Below are positions 37,483-50,484 of a DNA stretch of 64,000 nt, one piece after another. Within the stretch, counting starts at the first letter, position 1, and each line of letters opens with the position of its first letter. A program made the translations under genes and the position numbers. The stretch is taken from positions 24,616,001 to 24,680,000 of the forward strand of contig CM059433.1 in the NCBI GenBank assembly GCA_030390025.1, written 5' to 3'. Under the pieces are notes generated by a model. That model was given only the letters and a program-made list of their open reading frames with translations. It made no database searches and was not told the DNA's origin. This DNA is from Squalus acanthias. Taxonomy: Eukaryota.

Positions 37483-40461
37483 GGCCCAGAATTTGTAGTG
37501 GGCAGTAACAGTGAACGAACAGTCTTCGCTGTTCTTACCCCTTTGAAACTGACCGCAACTTCAGCATTTAGCGCATGCACATCCTAACGCGGAAATCCTG
37601 AAGTTGCAGTCAGTCATTCAGTGCTCCGACACTGGCTGTGCTGTGCCCCCCCACACTCCCCATAGCCAGTAATCGGGGAAATCGGTGTAACTGACGAGAA
37701 CTTGGGCTTTTCCACGGTAATATCGCTGTTAAATACCCCATTAAAAGTTAGACCTTGTCGGCATAGGTGTAACTGGGATATTACATAGGATATACGGCAC
37801 ACAAACAGGCCATTCGGCCCAACCAGTCCATGCCGGCATTTATGCTCCACTCGAGCCTCCTCCCATCTTTCCTGATCTACCTCTATCGGCATAACCCTCT
37901 ATTCCCTTCTCCCTCATATGCTTGTCTAGCCTCCCCTTAAATGCATCTATACTGGCTTCAACCAGTCCCGGTGGTAGCGAGTTCCACATTCTCAGCACTC
38001 TTTGGGTAAAGAAGTTTCTTCTGAATTCACTATTGGATTTCTTGGTGACTATCTATCTTATATTGATGGCCTCTAGTTATGCTCTTCCCCACAAGTGGAA
38101 ACATTCTCTCTCTATCCACTCTATCAAAACCTTTCATAATTTTAAAGACCTCTATTAGGTCACCCCTCAGTCTTTTTTCAAGAGAAAAGAGACCCAGCCT
38201 GTTCATCCTTTCCTGATATGTATACCCTCGCATTTCTGGTATCATCCGTGTAAATCTTCTCTGCAACCTCTCCAGTGCCTCTATATCCTTTTTTATGATA
38301 TATGGCGACCAGAATTGTACGCAGTACTCGAAGTGTGGTCTAACCAAGGTTTGATACAAGTTTAGCATAACTTCCCTACTTTTCAATTCTATCCCTCTAG
38401 AAATAAACCCGAGTGTTTGGTTTCCTTTTTTATGGCCTTGCTAACTTTTTTTTATTCGCTTATGGGATGTGGGCGTCGCTGGCAAGGCCAGCATTTATTG
38501 CCCATCCCTAGTTGCCTTTGAGGAGGTGGTGGTGAGCTCCTTTCTTGAACCGCTGCAGTCCGTGTGGTGAAGATACTCCCACAGTGCTGTTAGGTAGGGA
38601 GTTCCAGGATTTTGACCCAGCGACGATGAAGGATCGGCGATATACTTCTAAGTCAGGATGGTGTGTGACTTGGAGGGGAACGTGGAGGTGGTGGTGTTCC
38701 CATGCGCTTGCTGCCCTTGTCCTTCTAGGTGGAAGAAGTCGTGGGTCTGGGAGGTGCTGCAGTGCATCTTGTAGAAACATAGAAAACATAGAAAAATAGG
38801 AGCAGGAGTAGGCCATTCGGCCCTTCGAGCCTGCTCCACCATTCAATATGATCATGGCTGATCCTCTATCTCAATACCATATTCCCACTCTCTCCCCATA
38901 CCCCTTGATGCCTTTTATAGAAACATAGAAAAATAGATGGTACACACTGCAGCCACGGTACACCGGTGGTGGAGGGAGTGAATGTTTAAGGTGGTGGATG
39001 AGGTGCCAATCAAACGGGCTGCTTTGTCCTGGATGGTGTCGAGCTTCTTGAGTGTTGTTGGAGCTGTACTCATCCAGACAAGTGGAGAGTATTCCATCAC
39101 ATTCCTTACTTACCTGCGTTGCAACTTTTAGTGATTTGTGTATTTGTACTCCGAGATCCCTTTGTTCCTCTATGCCACCTAGACTCACACCCTCCAAGTA
39201 ATAAGTGACCTCCCTATTCTTCCTACCAAAATGTAATACCTCACATAGAAACATAGAAGATAGGAGCAGAAGTAGGCCATTCGGCCCCTCGAGCCTGCTC
39301 CGCTATTCGATGAGATCATGGCTGATCATCCAAACTCAGTACCCTGTCCCTGCTTTCTCCCCATATCCCTTGATACCTTTAGTCTTAAGAAATATATCTA
39401 ACTCCTTCTTGAATATATTTACTGACTTGGCCTCAACTGCCTTCTGTGGTAGAGAATTCCACAGGTTCACCACTCTCTGGGTGAAGAAATTCTTCCTCAT
39501 CTCTGTCCTAAATGGCTTACCCCTTATCTTTAGACTGTGACTTCTTGATCTGGACTCACCTGCCATCGGGAACATCCTTCCTGCATCCAGTCTGTCTAGC
39601 CCTGTTAGAATTTTATAAGTTTCAATGAGATCTCCTCTCATTCTTCTAAACTCCAGCGAGTCTAAGCCCAATCTCTCCTCGTACGTCATTCCTGCCATCC
39701 CAGGTATCAGTCTGGTGAATCTTCGCTGCACACCCTCCATGGCAAGAACATCCTTCCTCAGATAAGGCGACCAAAACTGCACACAATACTCAAGGTGTGG
39801 TCTCACCAAGGCCCTGTACATCTGCAGCAAGACATCCTTGTTCCTGTACTCAAAACCTCTCGCTACGAAGGCCAACATACCATTTGCCGCCTTAACCACC
39901 TGCTGTACCTGCATGCTTACCTTCAGCGACTGGTGCACAAGGACACCCAGGTCTCGTTGCACTTCCCCTTCTCCCAATCTATTGCCGTTCAGATAATAAT
40001 CTGCCTTTCTGTTTTTGCCACCAAAGTGTATTGACTGCTAAACAAACTTTATGGCCTTGAAAAACGGATTTTAATTTGTGGAGTGTAAAATTTCTCCATT
40101 ATTAATAAAAATTACAACTTTTCAGAAACTTAAAAAATTATTTCAGGTTTACCTTTTCCCCATGTGAGAGCCCCAATCTTTGTTTTGCTCTCTAACATTT
40201 TTAAACAATCAGAATAAAAGGAGCTTCTTCACTTCCTGGTTCCCTGTCTGTGAGAATTCTGCATAGTGATTGGCTGCTGAGACAGCTTGTTGACGTCATA
40301 GCAGCTCGCGTTAGGGATTCCCCATTATCTTATACTGATCTCAACTGAACGTCGGAAAAGCTGAACTTCTCGCCACAGAGATCACGAGATCTTTGTGGGA
40401 AGCTTTCTTCGGGGCCAGTGACAAATGCCGTTGGTTCGTTGCTGACTGAAAATTACGGGCC
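37483..40461. mobile_element. Harbinger-like MITE holding a nest of LINE fragments
   Basis: Imperfect TIRs GGCCCAGAATTTGTAGT / GGCCCGTAATTTTCAGT with AAT/ATT flanks. Confidence 0.55.
37783..40030 (-). mobile_element. Nested LINE cluster: CR1 (37783-39243), a different LINE 3' end (38445-39105), a CR1 tail (38772-38935) and CR1 (39244-40030)
   Basis: ORFs 38030-38386, 38915-39100 (MEYSPLVW...KLDTIQDKAARLI) and 39336-39977; several independent (CATAGAAA)n tails. Confidence 0.82.
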
Positions 40462-41429
40462 ATTGCTTTTTTTAAAAATCCACATAACGGATAAAACTGT
40501 CTTGTATAAGACAAATAAAGAATTAGTGTTAGGTTTTTTTTTTTATCCAAACATTTGTGTATACTTGCGACAAACAGCTTTTTTAATGAAGTTTTGAAAA
40601 AATATTTCAGCAACACATTCCCAACTGAGTTTATAAAAATTTTTTTTTGTGACATGCACGGTAAGGGAATAAAATGGAAAGCAGGACAGCATAGCAACCG
40701 GTCCAGGAGAAATCACAGCCAAGGCGGGGGGGGGAGGAGGTGCGGGGAAAGATGACAAGGAAAAAACTCACAAAGGGAGCAGAAAAATTGAGACAGAGGG
40801 AGTAACCCAGGAAAGAGCAAGTTCACCACACCCAATCATGGCGTGCTCTGCACCAACAACAGCAGACAATGCTAAGAGCCCGAAACACAAATTCGTAAGC
40901 AACCCCACGGGACGTCAACTAGTATAAATTATGTTGCGTGTATAGTACTGAATCTTTTGTATGTGTATTGTATACTATATTCGCCATTAAGCTCACCAAA
41001 GCTTATAAAAGTCCCTTCTTGCCTTGAACTTAATGACAATTGAGAAGTTGCTGGATTTATGACATTATGAATGATTTCCGCTGCAGCCAATTAGGGCTGG
41101 TAATTAATATTGTTGAGGACCCTGTTACTATCGTGATTTATGGTTCTCATGTGACACTCTACCTTAGAGGGCCATGAAGGGATCAATGAAGCTGAGGAGG
41201 CTCACTTCAGCAGGTAGTAAATTGTTCTTAAAGCTTTTTAAAAAAAAAAAAACTTTTTGTCTGTCTTGGTAGTTTTTTGTGCCAGTCTTGCCATCCACAC
41301 TCCTGTTAGTGTCGGAAGGCAATCATTTTCAGGATGCAAGAGTGCTTTGACACTCAGAAATGCAAATTAGATATTTTTTTCAGAAAGTAACATTTTGGGA
41401 TGCAGTATACGAGTAATTTGAGACACAGA

Positions 41430-44400
41430 TCAGTATGTTGAGGAACCAACTAGGGAACAGGCTATTTTAGATCTAGTATTGTGCAATGAGAAAGGGTTAA
41501 TTAATAACCTTGTAGTAAAGGGGTCTTTAGGGAAGAGTGACCACAATATGATGGAATTTTATAATGGGCCAGAAATTCGGCTTTCCGGCTTCCTGCGGGT
41601 GCAAGCATCGCGCGCGTACTTACCTACCGCGCCTGCAGTTGTGCTTTGGGCCCACGAGGACTTCGGGTCCTGGGCCTCCTGCAGCTGCCGGCGCGCAGTG
41701 CTTGTGTATCCCAGGGGCGCAGTTAGTTCGAAGCGTCCCCTGGGATCACGTGGGCCATGGAGAGCCAATCCTAGCAGGGCATTTTCATTCATAGATTTGA
41801 CAGGAAGACCTGTCAAATCTATGAATAGAGATCGGCCCCAAAACCACACTTAAACTTCAAATAAATAAAAAAAAAAGTCACATTTTTAAAATAACTACTT
41901 TAAACAAAAATTAAAATTTTTGAAAAAATTAATTATACTTTTTAACGGTGCTAAAAATAAACTTACCTTTCTTTAAAGTATCTAAAAAAGATAAACCTGT
42001 TGAAAAAATGTTTAAATTGTAATTAATTAACCACTTACCTTGTTAAAAACAGGCCTTGCGCCTCCTTTTTAAAAGTGCAGCTTCTTCATACTTACCCTCC
42101 CGGAGAAACCTGAAAAAAAACCTGAAGTTCGCTGCATGCGCGCAGCCTCTCACGCATTCGACTTCTGAACCCCTCCCTTCAGGGGAACGTAAGTTCCAGT
42201 TTCTCGCGCATGCGCAGTGCATGCAGGAAACCGGCACTTCAGGTGGCCTTACGGGTGAGTACACTTCGCGTGCTCACCCGACAAAAGCCGAATTTCTGGC
42301 CCAATTGAGTTTGAAAGTGGTTTAGTTAAATCCAAAACTAGGGTCTTCAATCTAAACAAAGCAAACTATATAGGTACGAGGGACAAATTGGCTAAGGTAG
42401 ATTGGGAAACTACATTAAAAGGTATGACGATAGACAAGCAATGGTTAGCATTTAAAGAAATAATACATCATTTATAACAAATATATATTCCTTTAAGGCA
42501 CAAATATTCCACAGGAAAAGTGGTCCAATCGTGGCTAGCAAGAGAAGTTAAAGATAGTATTAGATCAAAGGAAGAGATTTATAATGTTGCCAGAAAGAGT
42601 ACTAAGCCTGAGGATTGGGAGGATTTTAGAATTAAGCAAAGGAGGACGAAGAAATTGATATTGAAAGAGAAAAAAGAATGAGTAAATTAGCAAGAGACAT
42701 AAAAACAGATTGTAAACGTTTCTATAGATATGTAAGTAGGAAGAGATTAGTGAAAGTAAGCGTGGGCCCATTAGAGGCAGAGACAGGAGAAATTATAATG
42801 GGCAATAAGGAAATGGCAGAGACATTAAACAAATACTTTGTATCTGTCTTCACAGTAGAAGATACAAAAAACTTTCTGGAAATAATGGGGAACCAAGGGT
42901 CTAGAGAGAATGAGGAACTTAAAGAAACAAGTATAAGCAGAGACATAGTACTGGAGAAATTAATGGGACTAAGTGGCGACAAATCCCCTGGACCTGACGA
43001 CCTGCATCCTAGGGTTTTAAAAGAGGTGGATGCACTGGTATTAATCTTTCAGAATTCCCTAGATTCTAGGATTGGAAGGTAGCAAACATAATCCCTGCTA
43101 TTTAAGAAAGGAGGAAGAGAAAAAAACGGGGAACTATAGGCCAGTTAGCCTGACATCAGTAGTAGGCAAAGTGCTAGAATCTATTATTAGGGACGTGGTA
43201 ACAGCGCACTTCGAAAATCATATGATTAAGCAGAGTCAACATGCTTTTATGAAAGGGAAATCGTGTTTGACAAATCTTAGAATTTTTTGAAGATGTAACT
43301 AGTAGGATGGATAAGGGGGAACCAGTGGATGTAGTGTATTTGGATTTTCAAAAAGCATTCGATAATGTGCCACACAAGAGGTTATTGCACAAAATTAGGA
43401 CTCATGGTATGGGGGTAATATATTAGCATGGATTGAGGATTGGTTAATGGACAGAAAACAGAGAGTAGGAATAAATGGGACTTTTTCAGGTTGGCAGGCT
43501 GTAACTAGCGGGGTACCGCAAGGATCAGTGCTTGGGCCTCAGCTATTTACAATCTATATTAATGACTTAGATGAAGGGACTGAGTGTAACGTATCCAAGT
43601 TTGCTGATGATACAAAGTTAGGTGGGAAAGTAAGTTGTGAGGAGGAAGCAAAGAGGCTACAGAGAGATATAGACAGGTTGACTGAGTGGGCAAGAACATG
43701 ACAAATGGAATACAATGTGGGGTAGTATGAAGTTAATCCACTTTGGTAGAAAAAACAAAAAAGCAGAATAATTTTGAATGGTGAGAGACTGGGAAATGTT
43801 TGCACTCAGAGGGACCTGGGTATCCTTGTACATGAATCACAAAGGTAACATGCAAGCAATTAGGAAAGCAAATGGTATGTTAGCTTTTATTACAAAGGGT
43901 AGAGTATAAGAGTAAAGAAGTCTTACTACAATTACACAGGGCATTGGTGAGGCCACACCTGGAGTACTGTGCACAGTGCTGGTCTCCTTACCTAAGGAAA
44001 GACATACTTGCCTTAGAGGGAGTGCAGCGAAGGTTCCCTAGCATGGTTCCTGGAATGAGGAGATTGCCCTATGAGGAGAGATTGAGTAGACTTGGCCTAT
44101 ATTCCTTAGAGTTTAGAAGAATAAGAGGTGATCTAATTGAAACATATAAAATTCTTAAGGGGCTTGACAGGGTTAATGCTGGGAAAATGTTTCCCCTGGC
44201 TGGGGAATCTAGAACACAGGGTCACAGTCACAGTATAAGGGTAGGCCATTTAGGACTGAGATGAGGAGAAATTTCTTCACTCAAAGGGTTGTGAATCTTT
44301 TGAATTCTCTACCCCAGAGTGCTGTGGATGCTCAGTTGTTGAGTATATTCGATAAATTTTTCGGAACAAAGAGAATTAAGGGATATGGGGATAGTGCGGG

Positions 44401-44505
44401 AAGGTGGAGTTGAGGTAGAAGATCAGCCATGATCTTATTGAATGGCGGAGCAGGCTCGAAGAGCCAAATGGCCTACTCCAGCTCCTATTTCTTAAGTTCT
44501 TATGA
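41430..44505 (+). mobile_element. CR1 LINE, frameshifted, interrupted by a MITE
   Basis: ORF2 fragments running from SDHN through FADD to the 3' UTR. Confidence 0.9.
41566..42302. mobile_element. Harbinger-like MITE, 737 bp
   Basis: Perfect 19-bp TIR GGGCCAGAAATTCGGCTTT; AAT TSD at 41563-41565 and 42303-42305. Confidence 0.9.
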
Positions 44506-45344
44506 CATGGTAAGTGTAGCATGCTTGGGAAGAACAGGTGACTTTGGACTGATGGTTCCCAAAGCTGCCCACCACTGGAGTTTTCCTCGTGTCATTTCTG
44601 GGTCTGTTGTAGACTTATTGATGGAGATTGATTGCCATAAGTCAACAACTCCATTATCATTGCATTATACGACTACAAGGATCGTAGAAGGCGAACTCGA
44701 TGGACCATGGTCTTTTCTCGTCTAGCAATTCTATGTTCCTATGAAAGCAGTAGAGTGGCGTACCCACTGGGTTTTCCACAGTTCCTGATCATGACTGACA
44801 GGGCTGCGGGTTCGAAACGTTTGTACATTTCGCACAACTACCTGTTGACTTCTCGAGGACCAATGCAACAATTCACAAACACAACTGGGTTACAATGTCC
44901 ACTTTTTCTGCTTGTTCTTTTTAATTTTTTCATTCATTTCTGTCTTTTTTTCTCTCTCAATCCAATCTCTTTCTTTCCTTCTCTTTATTACTCTTTCTGT
45001 CTCTCTGTATTTAGTCCGACTCTAATTCACCCTATTTTCTTCGTTAGTTCTTTCTGCTTTTCTTTCATTGGTTAAGGAGAATAAGCCATTGAGCATGACA
45101 TTCACGTGGTCCCAGATGCGACTTTGACATCACTGCGCCATTACCGGGCCGACGTTCCAGCATTTTGTGGCGCAAATATAGTGCGATGACAACGGTGAAC
45201 AAAAAGTTCAATTAACTTTGTTCGCTGCCAAACCCGCCATTGTAATTTAAGTTAAATATCAGTTTAGTAGAAAAGAAAGATGACGACAGTCAGGCAGTCT
45301 TTATTCGTCTAAATTTGTGAAAATGATGAAACTTGCCTGTATGT

Positions 45345-45770
45345 AGTTCATAGAAACCTTCAGCGCAGAAGGAGGCCATTCGGCCCATTGTGCCTGTGCT
45401 GGCTCTTTGAAAGAACAGTCGTGCTGAGTCCCACATCCCCGCTTTTTGTCCATAACCCTGGAAGTTCCACATCCTCAAGTACCTGTCCAACTCCCTTTTA
45501 AAATTATTTATGGAATCGGCTTTTCAGGTAGAGCGTTGCAGATCCCGACAACTCTCTGAGTGAAAAAACATCCTCCTCATTTCCCCTCTAATTTGCCACT
45601 GATTTTGAATCTGACCCACTCGCCAGAGGGAATAGTTTTTCTCTACCTACACTATTAAAACCTCTCATCATCCTGAAAACCTCAATTAAGTCACCTCTTA
45701 ACCTCCTCTGTTCCAAGGAGAACAGTCCTAATTTTTCCAACCACCTCATAACTGAAGTCCCTCCTCTTGG
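45345..45770 (-). mobile_element. CR1 3' fragment
   Basis: Reverse complement of the 22790-23240 subfamily. Confidence 0.85.
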
Positions 45771-47339
45771 TCCGTTATAGATGTTTTGAGAAGAATGGCG
45801 ACTGTTTTTAATTAGATGTATAGCACAAGTTACTTTTATAATAAGGGCGGTGGCTCAGTTTCACCATCTGGTCCTGGGCACCAGTGACTAGAAACAAATG
45901 CCCCATTAACTGCAAATTTTGGGCAATAATCCATAACCGTAGGATAGTCGGGAACTAAAAATACATTTTTGCTCTAAGCTTTGCTGCACAGTTGGGGCCG
46001 AGTGAATGAGGTTAGGGTTTTATACTTAAAAGAATAAAAGACTCAAATTATTCATGCAAACTTTTCACACGCATATATTACAGTATTAAGGTATTTTCCT
46101 AAAAAGATCAATGCTTTCAGAGCTCTGTGTAAAACTCTTAGACTTTGGAATAATTTTTGAAACAGCCTTATTATTTGTGAATCTGTTTTGCAAATACCAT
46201 TTTTCTTTTATTCGTACTATCTTGCAATATCAAATATTCAAGGCCAGTTACAGGGATATCCTTTTTGTTTTCCTGATTCCGTCAACTCAATGGACAAATA
46301 TGGAAACTATTCTGGTTCCAGAGGCGAAACAGCCGGGCTGTGCCCCAGTAAGAATTTTACCGTACTGCCATCAGTTGCTCTTTTCCCATTCATATAAAAA
46401 TAAAACATTGTCCTGACTTGTCTTTCCTTTCTCATGTTCCTGGTAGCAATTTTGTGTTTTTGTTTTGTTGTTGCCTGGATGCATACATTCCCCATCTCTT
46501 TTGGACTTTAAATGCAGGCTCGTCAGTAAGTTTTGCTTTGAAGTTGTTGACGCCTTTACTTTGGCTGGCGGGTGTTTCCCACGTGTTTGTTTACCTGTTT
46601 AACTTGGCTTTATCTTGGATATTCTCAGTCAAACTTAGTATCGATTGCTGCCAACACCTGCTTTATTGAATGCCGCAGATCCTTTCCAGTGACAAACACC
46701 CACGTCACCTGTCTTCGTCGTAGAATTGGCATGATTTGCACCACTGCGCAACCTTCTTGTTGCACAGATAAAAAAATACTTGGGCCAGGTACAGAGCCTT
46801 GAAACTGACATGACGAATGTTGGGACTTCCAAAGTAAATGAGGTTTCAAAGTTTTCAGCGCTTCAGTGGTAAAGACTTTGCCAATTCCACAGACGTTAGT
46901 GTGCACTGATGCAGTTTCGAGCACTTCAATTCTCATCAAGATTTTTGTCTTATTGAAACCGAGCTATTGATTTTATAGCAAGTAAATCCAACTGAGGAAG
47001 CTGCTTCTTAACTCTCTTGGGGAATAGCTGGAAGTCTTCCTCTATTATTTTAACTCTGTCCTAGCACATAGTAGGATTTATTAAAACAATTCCAATTGCT
47101 CCATAAGTGTTGACTGAGATATCATCTTTCATTTATACACTCAAACTTTGCCTTGGCTTCAGGCAAAATACTTGCCGATTCAAGTGGCACTCAACCAACC
47201 ATGGACTAATGGGTACCTTCCTTAGGCTTGAGAGTCATTGGTATTGTCTGGTGAGATGAGTTATTTACCTCATTACAACATTACTGGAGAGGGCCTTAAA
47301 ACTTACCTCAAAATCTCCCCTCCCTGTACCATTGTTAAG

Positions 47340-47800
47340 AGAAAGAAAGATTTGCATTTATATAGCGCCTTTCACGACCACCGGACGTCTCAAAGCGCTT
47401 TACAGCCAATGAAGTACTTTTGAAGTGGAGTCACTGTTGTAATGTGGGAAACGCAGCAGCCAATTTGCACACAGCAAGGTCCCACAAACAGCAATGTGAT
47501 AATGACCAAATAATCTGTTTTTGTTATGTTGGTTGAAGGATAACTATTGGCCAGGACACCGGGGATAACTCCCCTGCTCCGAAATAGTGCCATGGGATCT
47601 TTTACGTCCACCTGCGAGAGCAGACGGGGCCTTGGTTTAACGTCTCATCCGAAAGACAGCATCTCTGACAGTGCAGCACTCCCTCAGCACTGCACTGGAG
47701 TGTCAGCCTAGATTTATGTGCTGAAGTCCCTGGAGTGGGACTTGAACCCACAACCTTCGGACTCAGAGGAGAGTGTGCCACCCACTGAGCCACAGCTGAC
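47340..47800 (-). mobile_element. Full-length Deu-type tRNA-derived SINE (SacSINE1-like)
   Basis: Minus-strand A box TGGCTCAGTGG and B box GGTTCAAGTCC, conserved central body, L2-like tail GGCGCTATATAAATGCAA. Family name is from recall. Confidence 0.85.
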
Positions 47801-48814
47801 ACTGCTCATAAACCTAGTCACATTTTCTCTGACTATAATTCCCTTGCTTTATTTTCCAGACTACTCTGAACATAGAAGAGACTCCATTCAAAGCATGTTG
47901 GATTCATCCATTTTTTTCTGTCTTCCCAGGTTTTTGTCTTCCCTGTCTCTGAATTTCCACCTGGACATATGATAAAGCTTGGGTCACACTGGCCAGAAAG
48001 GTTTGCTGTGACTATAGTAAGCCCTGTGCTTATACAGCCTGCGGCTAATATCCCGCATGATATTCCAGGTATAAACTTAGTTGGGAAAGTCCCCATTCAA
48101 GGAATATACTACCAAAAAAGGAATTAAAAAAGTTAAATAACTGGGGCAGAGCACTTGAAAATTGCTATGGATTTCCAACCAAGTAAATTGGACTTATTCA
48201 TAAACAAGCAAGATCAGTTCTTCAGTCCAGACTTTGGTGCAGATAAGATGGTGAGTTATAAACTATTATAATCATCTACTGTGGACTGCAGTCGGATCTG
48301 TTCTGTTTGCAGATATACTTCAGCTAAAATCTTGGGCTTTCTACTAGACCTACGCAGTAAGCCCTGGAGTGCTTGTTTTCATGAACTCTTTCTGTGGGGA
48401 GCCAAATAGATGACACTTTAGCAAGCTTCAGGTAATACCAACAGAGTTTTAACCGCTATTCCACGCACTATATGAAAGGTTCAAACCCATTGCATAGTCT
48501 GCTTTTACTATTTCAAGGGTGGGGCGATAAGGACCTATCGGATTAGGGTAGACTTCGTACAAGAAGTTGCAAGGAACCAGTAAGAAAATAAACACCATCA
48601 CCAGTACTGTCGGCCTTATGTTATCAAATGCATGGGTATGGCAGACTGCACAAGAAGGTGAAGTGGTACCGCCAATAGGGAGGTAACTTTCTTTTGTCAG
48701 CTAAGGATCTTTATTTTAGGCCTTAAGACTGCTACAGGTACCATTTGACCAGGGAAGCTCCAGGTTCTTCACATTGCTTTGCAGTCCATGTTGAAGATGA
48801 GAGTTTTTGTTTTT

Positions 48815-49200
48815 GCTCTCTCTATTTCCCTCCACTTTTCTCCCCTTTTCTCAATATGTTGACTACCACAGTAGGATATGGTTCCACAGGTGAGGCTCAC
48901 TCCCTGGTACCTTCCCTACTGCCCATTATTCATATGTGAGCCTCAACAGTAAATACTGGCAGGCCATCGAGTTTTGGGGGCTATCACAGCTGAGCTAAAT
49001 CCTGTCCTTGCCTGACATCTGCATGTGCACAGTCCTGTGGAGGGAGACGTCACTGTAAAGAGATCAGGAGAAGTTAACTCTGGCCCTTTTTCTGCCTTCC
49101 CTTTGCCTAACCCCACTGCTGGTATTGGCTGAGATCAGTTTACTCTGCAGAGACCAGGTATCAAACCTGAGACGTTGCTGGTCTGTGTCTCTCCGAGACT
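48815..49200 (-). mobile_element. Ancient tRNA-like SINE of a second family
   Basis: B-box-like GGTTTGATACC; diverged similarity to about 8200-8350, 29910-30340 and 33875-34210. Confidence 0.45.
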
Positions 49201-49737
49201 AATGACACTGTGACAAGAACGTTCTCGTATACTCGAGTCACTTGTCATCTGTGGCCATAAGTGCTGCAATATGTTGGAATCATTGTCTCCTGCAGCTGGC
49301 TTAACCAACCTACTCAACTATAACCTTCCACATGGTCATTTCGGGGTTGTGACCCATTCCATGGCATTCTGAGATCTTCAGCCACGTGCCCTGCACCGTG
49401 CGATTTTCCTGCTGTAATGTGCTATCTTAATGTATGCAGACTCATTCCGACTTAGATGTCCTCTCTGTGACATGCCATGATATGACTGACCTCCAGATTG
49501 GTTCACATAACCTGTTATACGTTTTTTGTTTAGGTTCTGTGTACTTAGATTATGGCGCTGGACTCAAAAGATTTGCAATGAGACCTTTTAAAAGAAAGAC
49601 AGACCTGCATTTATATAGCGTCTTTCATGAACTCGGGACGTCCCAAGCGCTTTACAGTTATTGAAGAACTTTTTTTTGAAGTGTAGCCACTGTTGTAATG
49701 TAGGAAAATTCAACCATGAGTGAGGAATGGCCATAAT

Positions 49738-50484
49738 CAGTGTTGTCCAATAGAAATCGCTCACTAGCCAAAGGCGTGGAATGGCGCCATATGCATTAAT
49801 CTTAGTAGGAAACCTCTTGCACACAATACAGGTAAATGTACTTGATGTGTATATTTATTTAACAAACCGCTACCAGTTCAAAACTTTGCAGTCTTTCTCT
49901 TTCACCAAAGTTTGAAATTCTGGTATGAATTTATCTGACACAGCACATTTTAGTGCAGCTTCTAGGTTTTTGTACAGTAGTTGAGAGAGGTACTTTGATT
50001 TCATCGGAGTAATTGCTGAGATTGTTGACGTCCACAATGAGACGTACTGGACCAGCTCTTCCATGGCACGGTTGGATGCTGCTTTCCTTTTGCCAGGATG
50101 TACCCTGTTGGAGCTGCTTGTTATTGGTTGGGATTGCTTACTTCTGCTGGCCTAGAGTGGTTATTGCGATTGGTCCAGCTAACCATGGTAACAGCGTCCC
50201 TCTCCATACAAGGTTGCTGATGTTTCTATGTTGCTGAAGTCTGGCGTTTTCACCCGTGTTACACACTATTTTAGCAGCTATCCAATAAGCAGTGACCAAG
50301 GATGTAAAGTGTGCACAACCATCAAAAAGCTGCTTTTCATTTTGCCATTTTTCCAACAAATGCATGTACTGAGAGCACCATACCCAACGACCGTGTCGAA
50401 TCATTTCTATTTACCGATCAAAACTGCAATTTGCCACATTTGGATTTCCAGTTCGCCACATGTGGCTACTATTGGACAACACTG
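49738..50484 (-). mobile_element. hAT-Charlie (MER3/MER33/Charlie1-like) internally deleted DNA transposon
   Basis: Perfect 16-bp TIR CAGTGTTGTCCAATAG at 49738-49753 and 50469-50484. Transposase C-terminal remnant MKSKYLSQL..NLEAALKCAVS...PEFQTLVKEKDC at 49870-50010 (minus). Confidence 0.8.

Noticed and set aside
47725..47800. tRNA gene
   Set aside because: The A/B boxes belong to a SINE head continuous with a multi-copy SINE body and tail.
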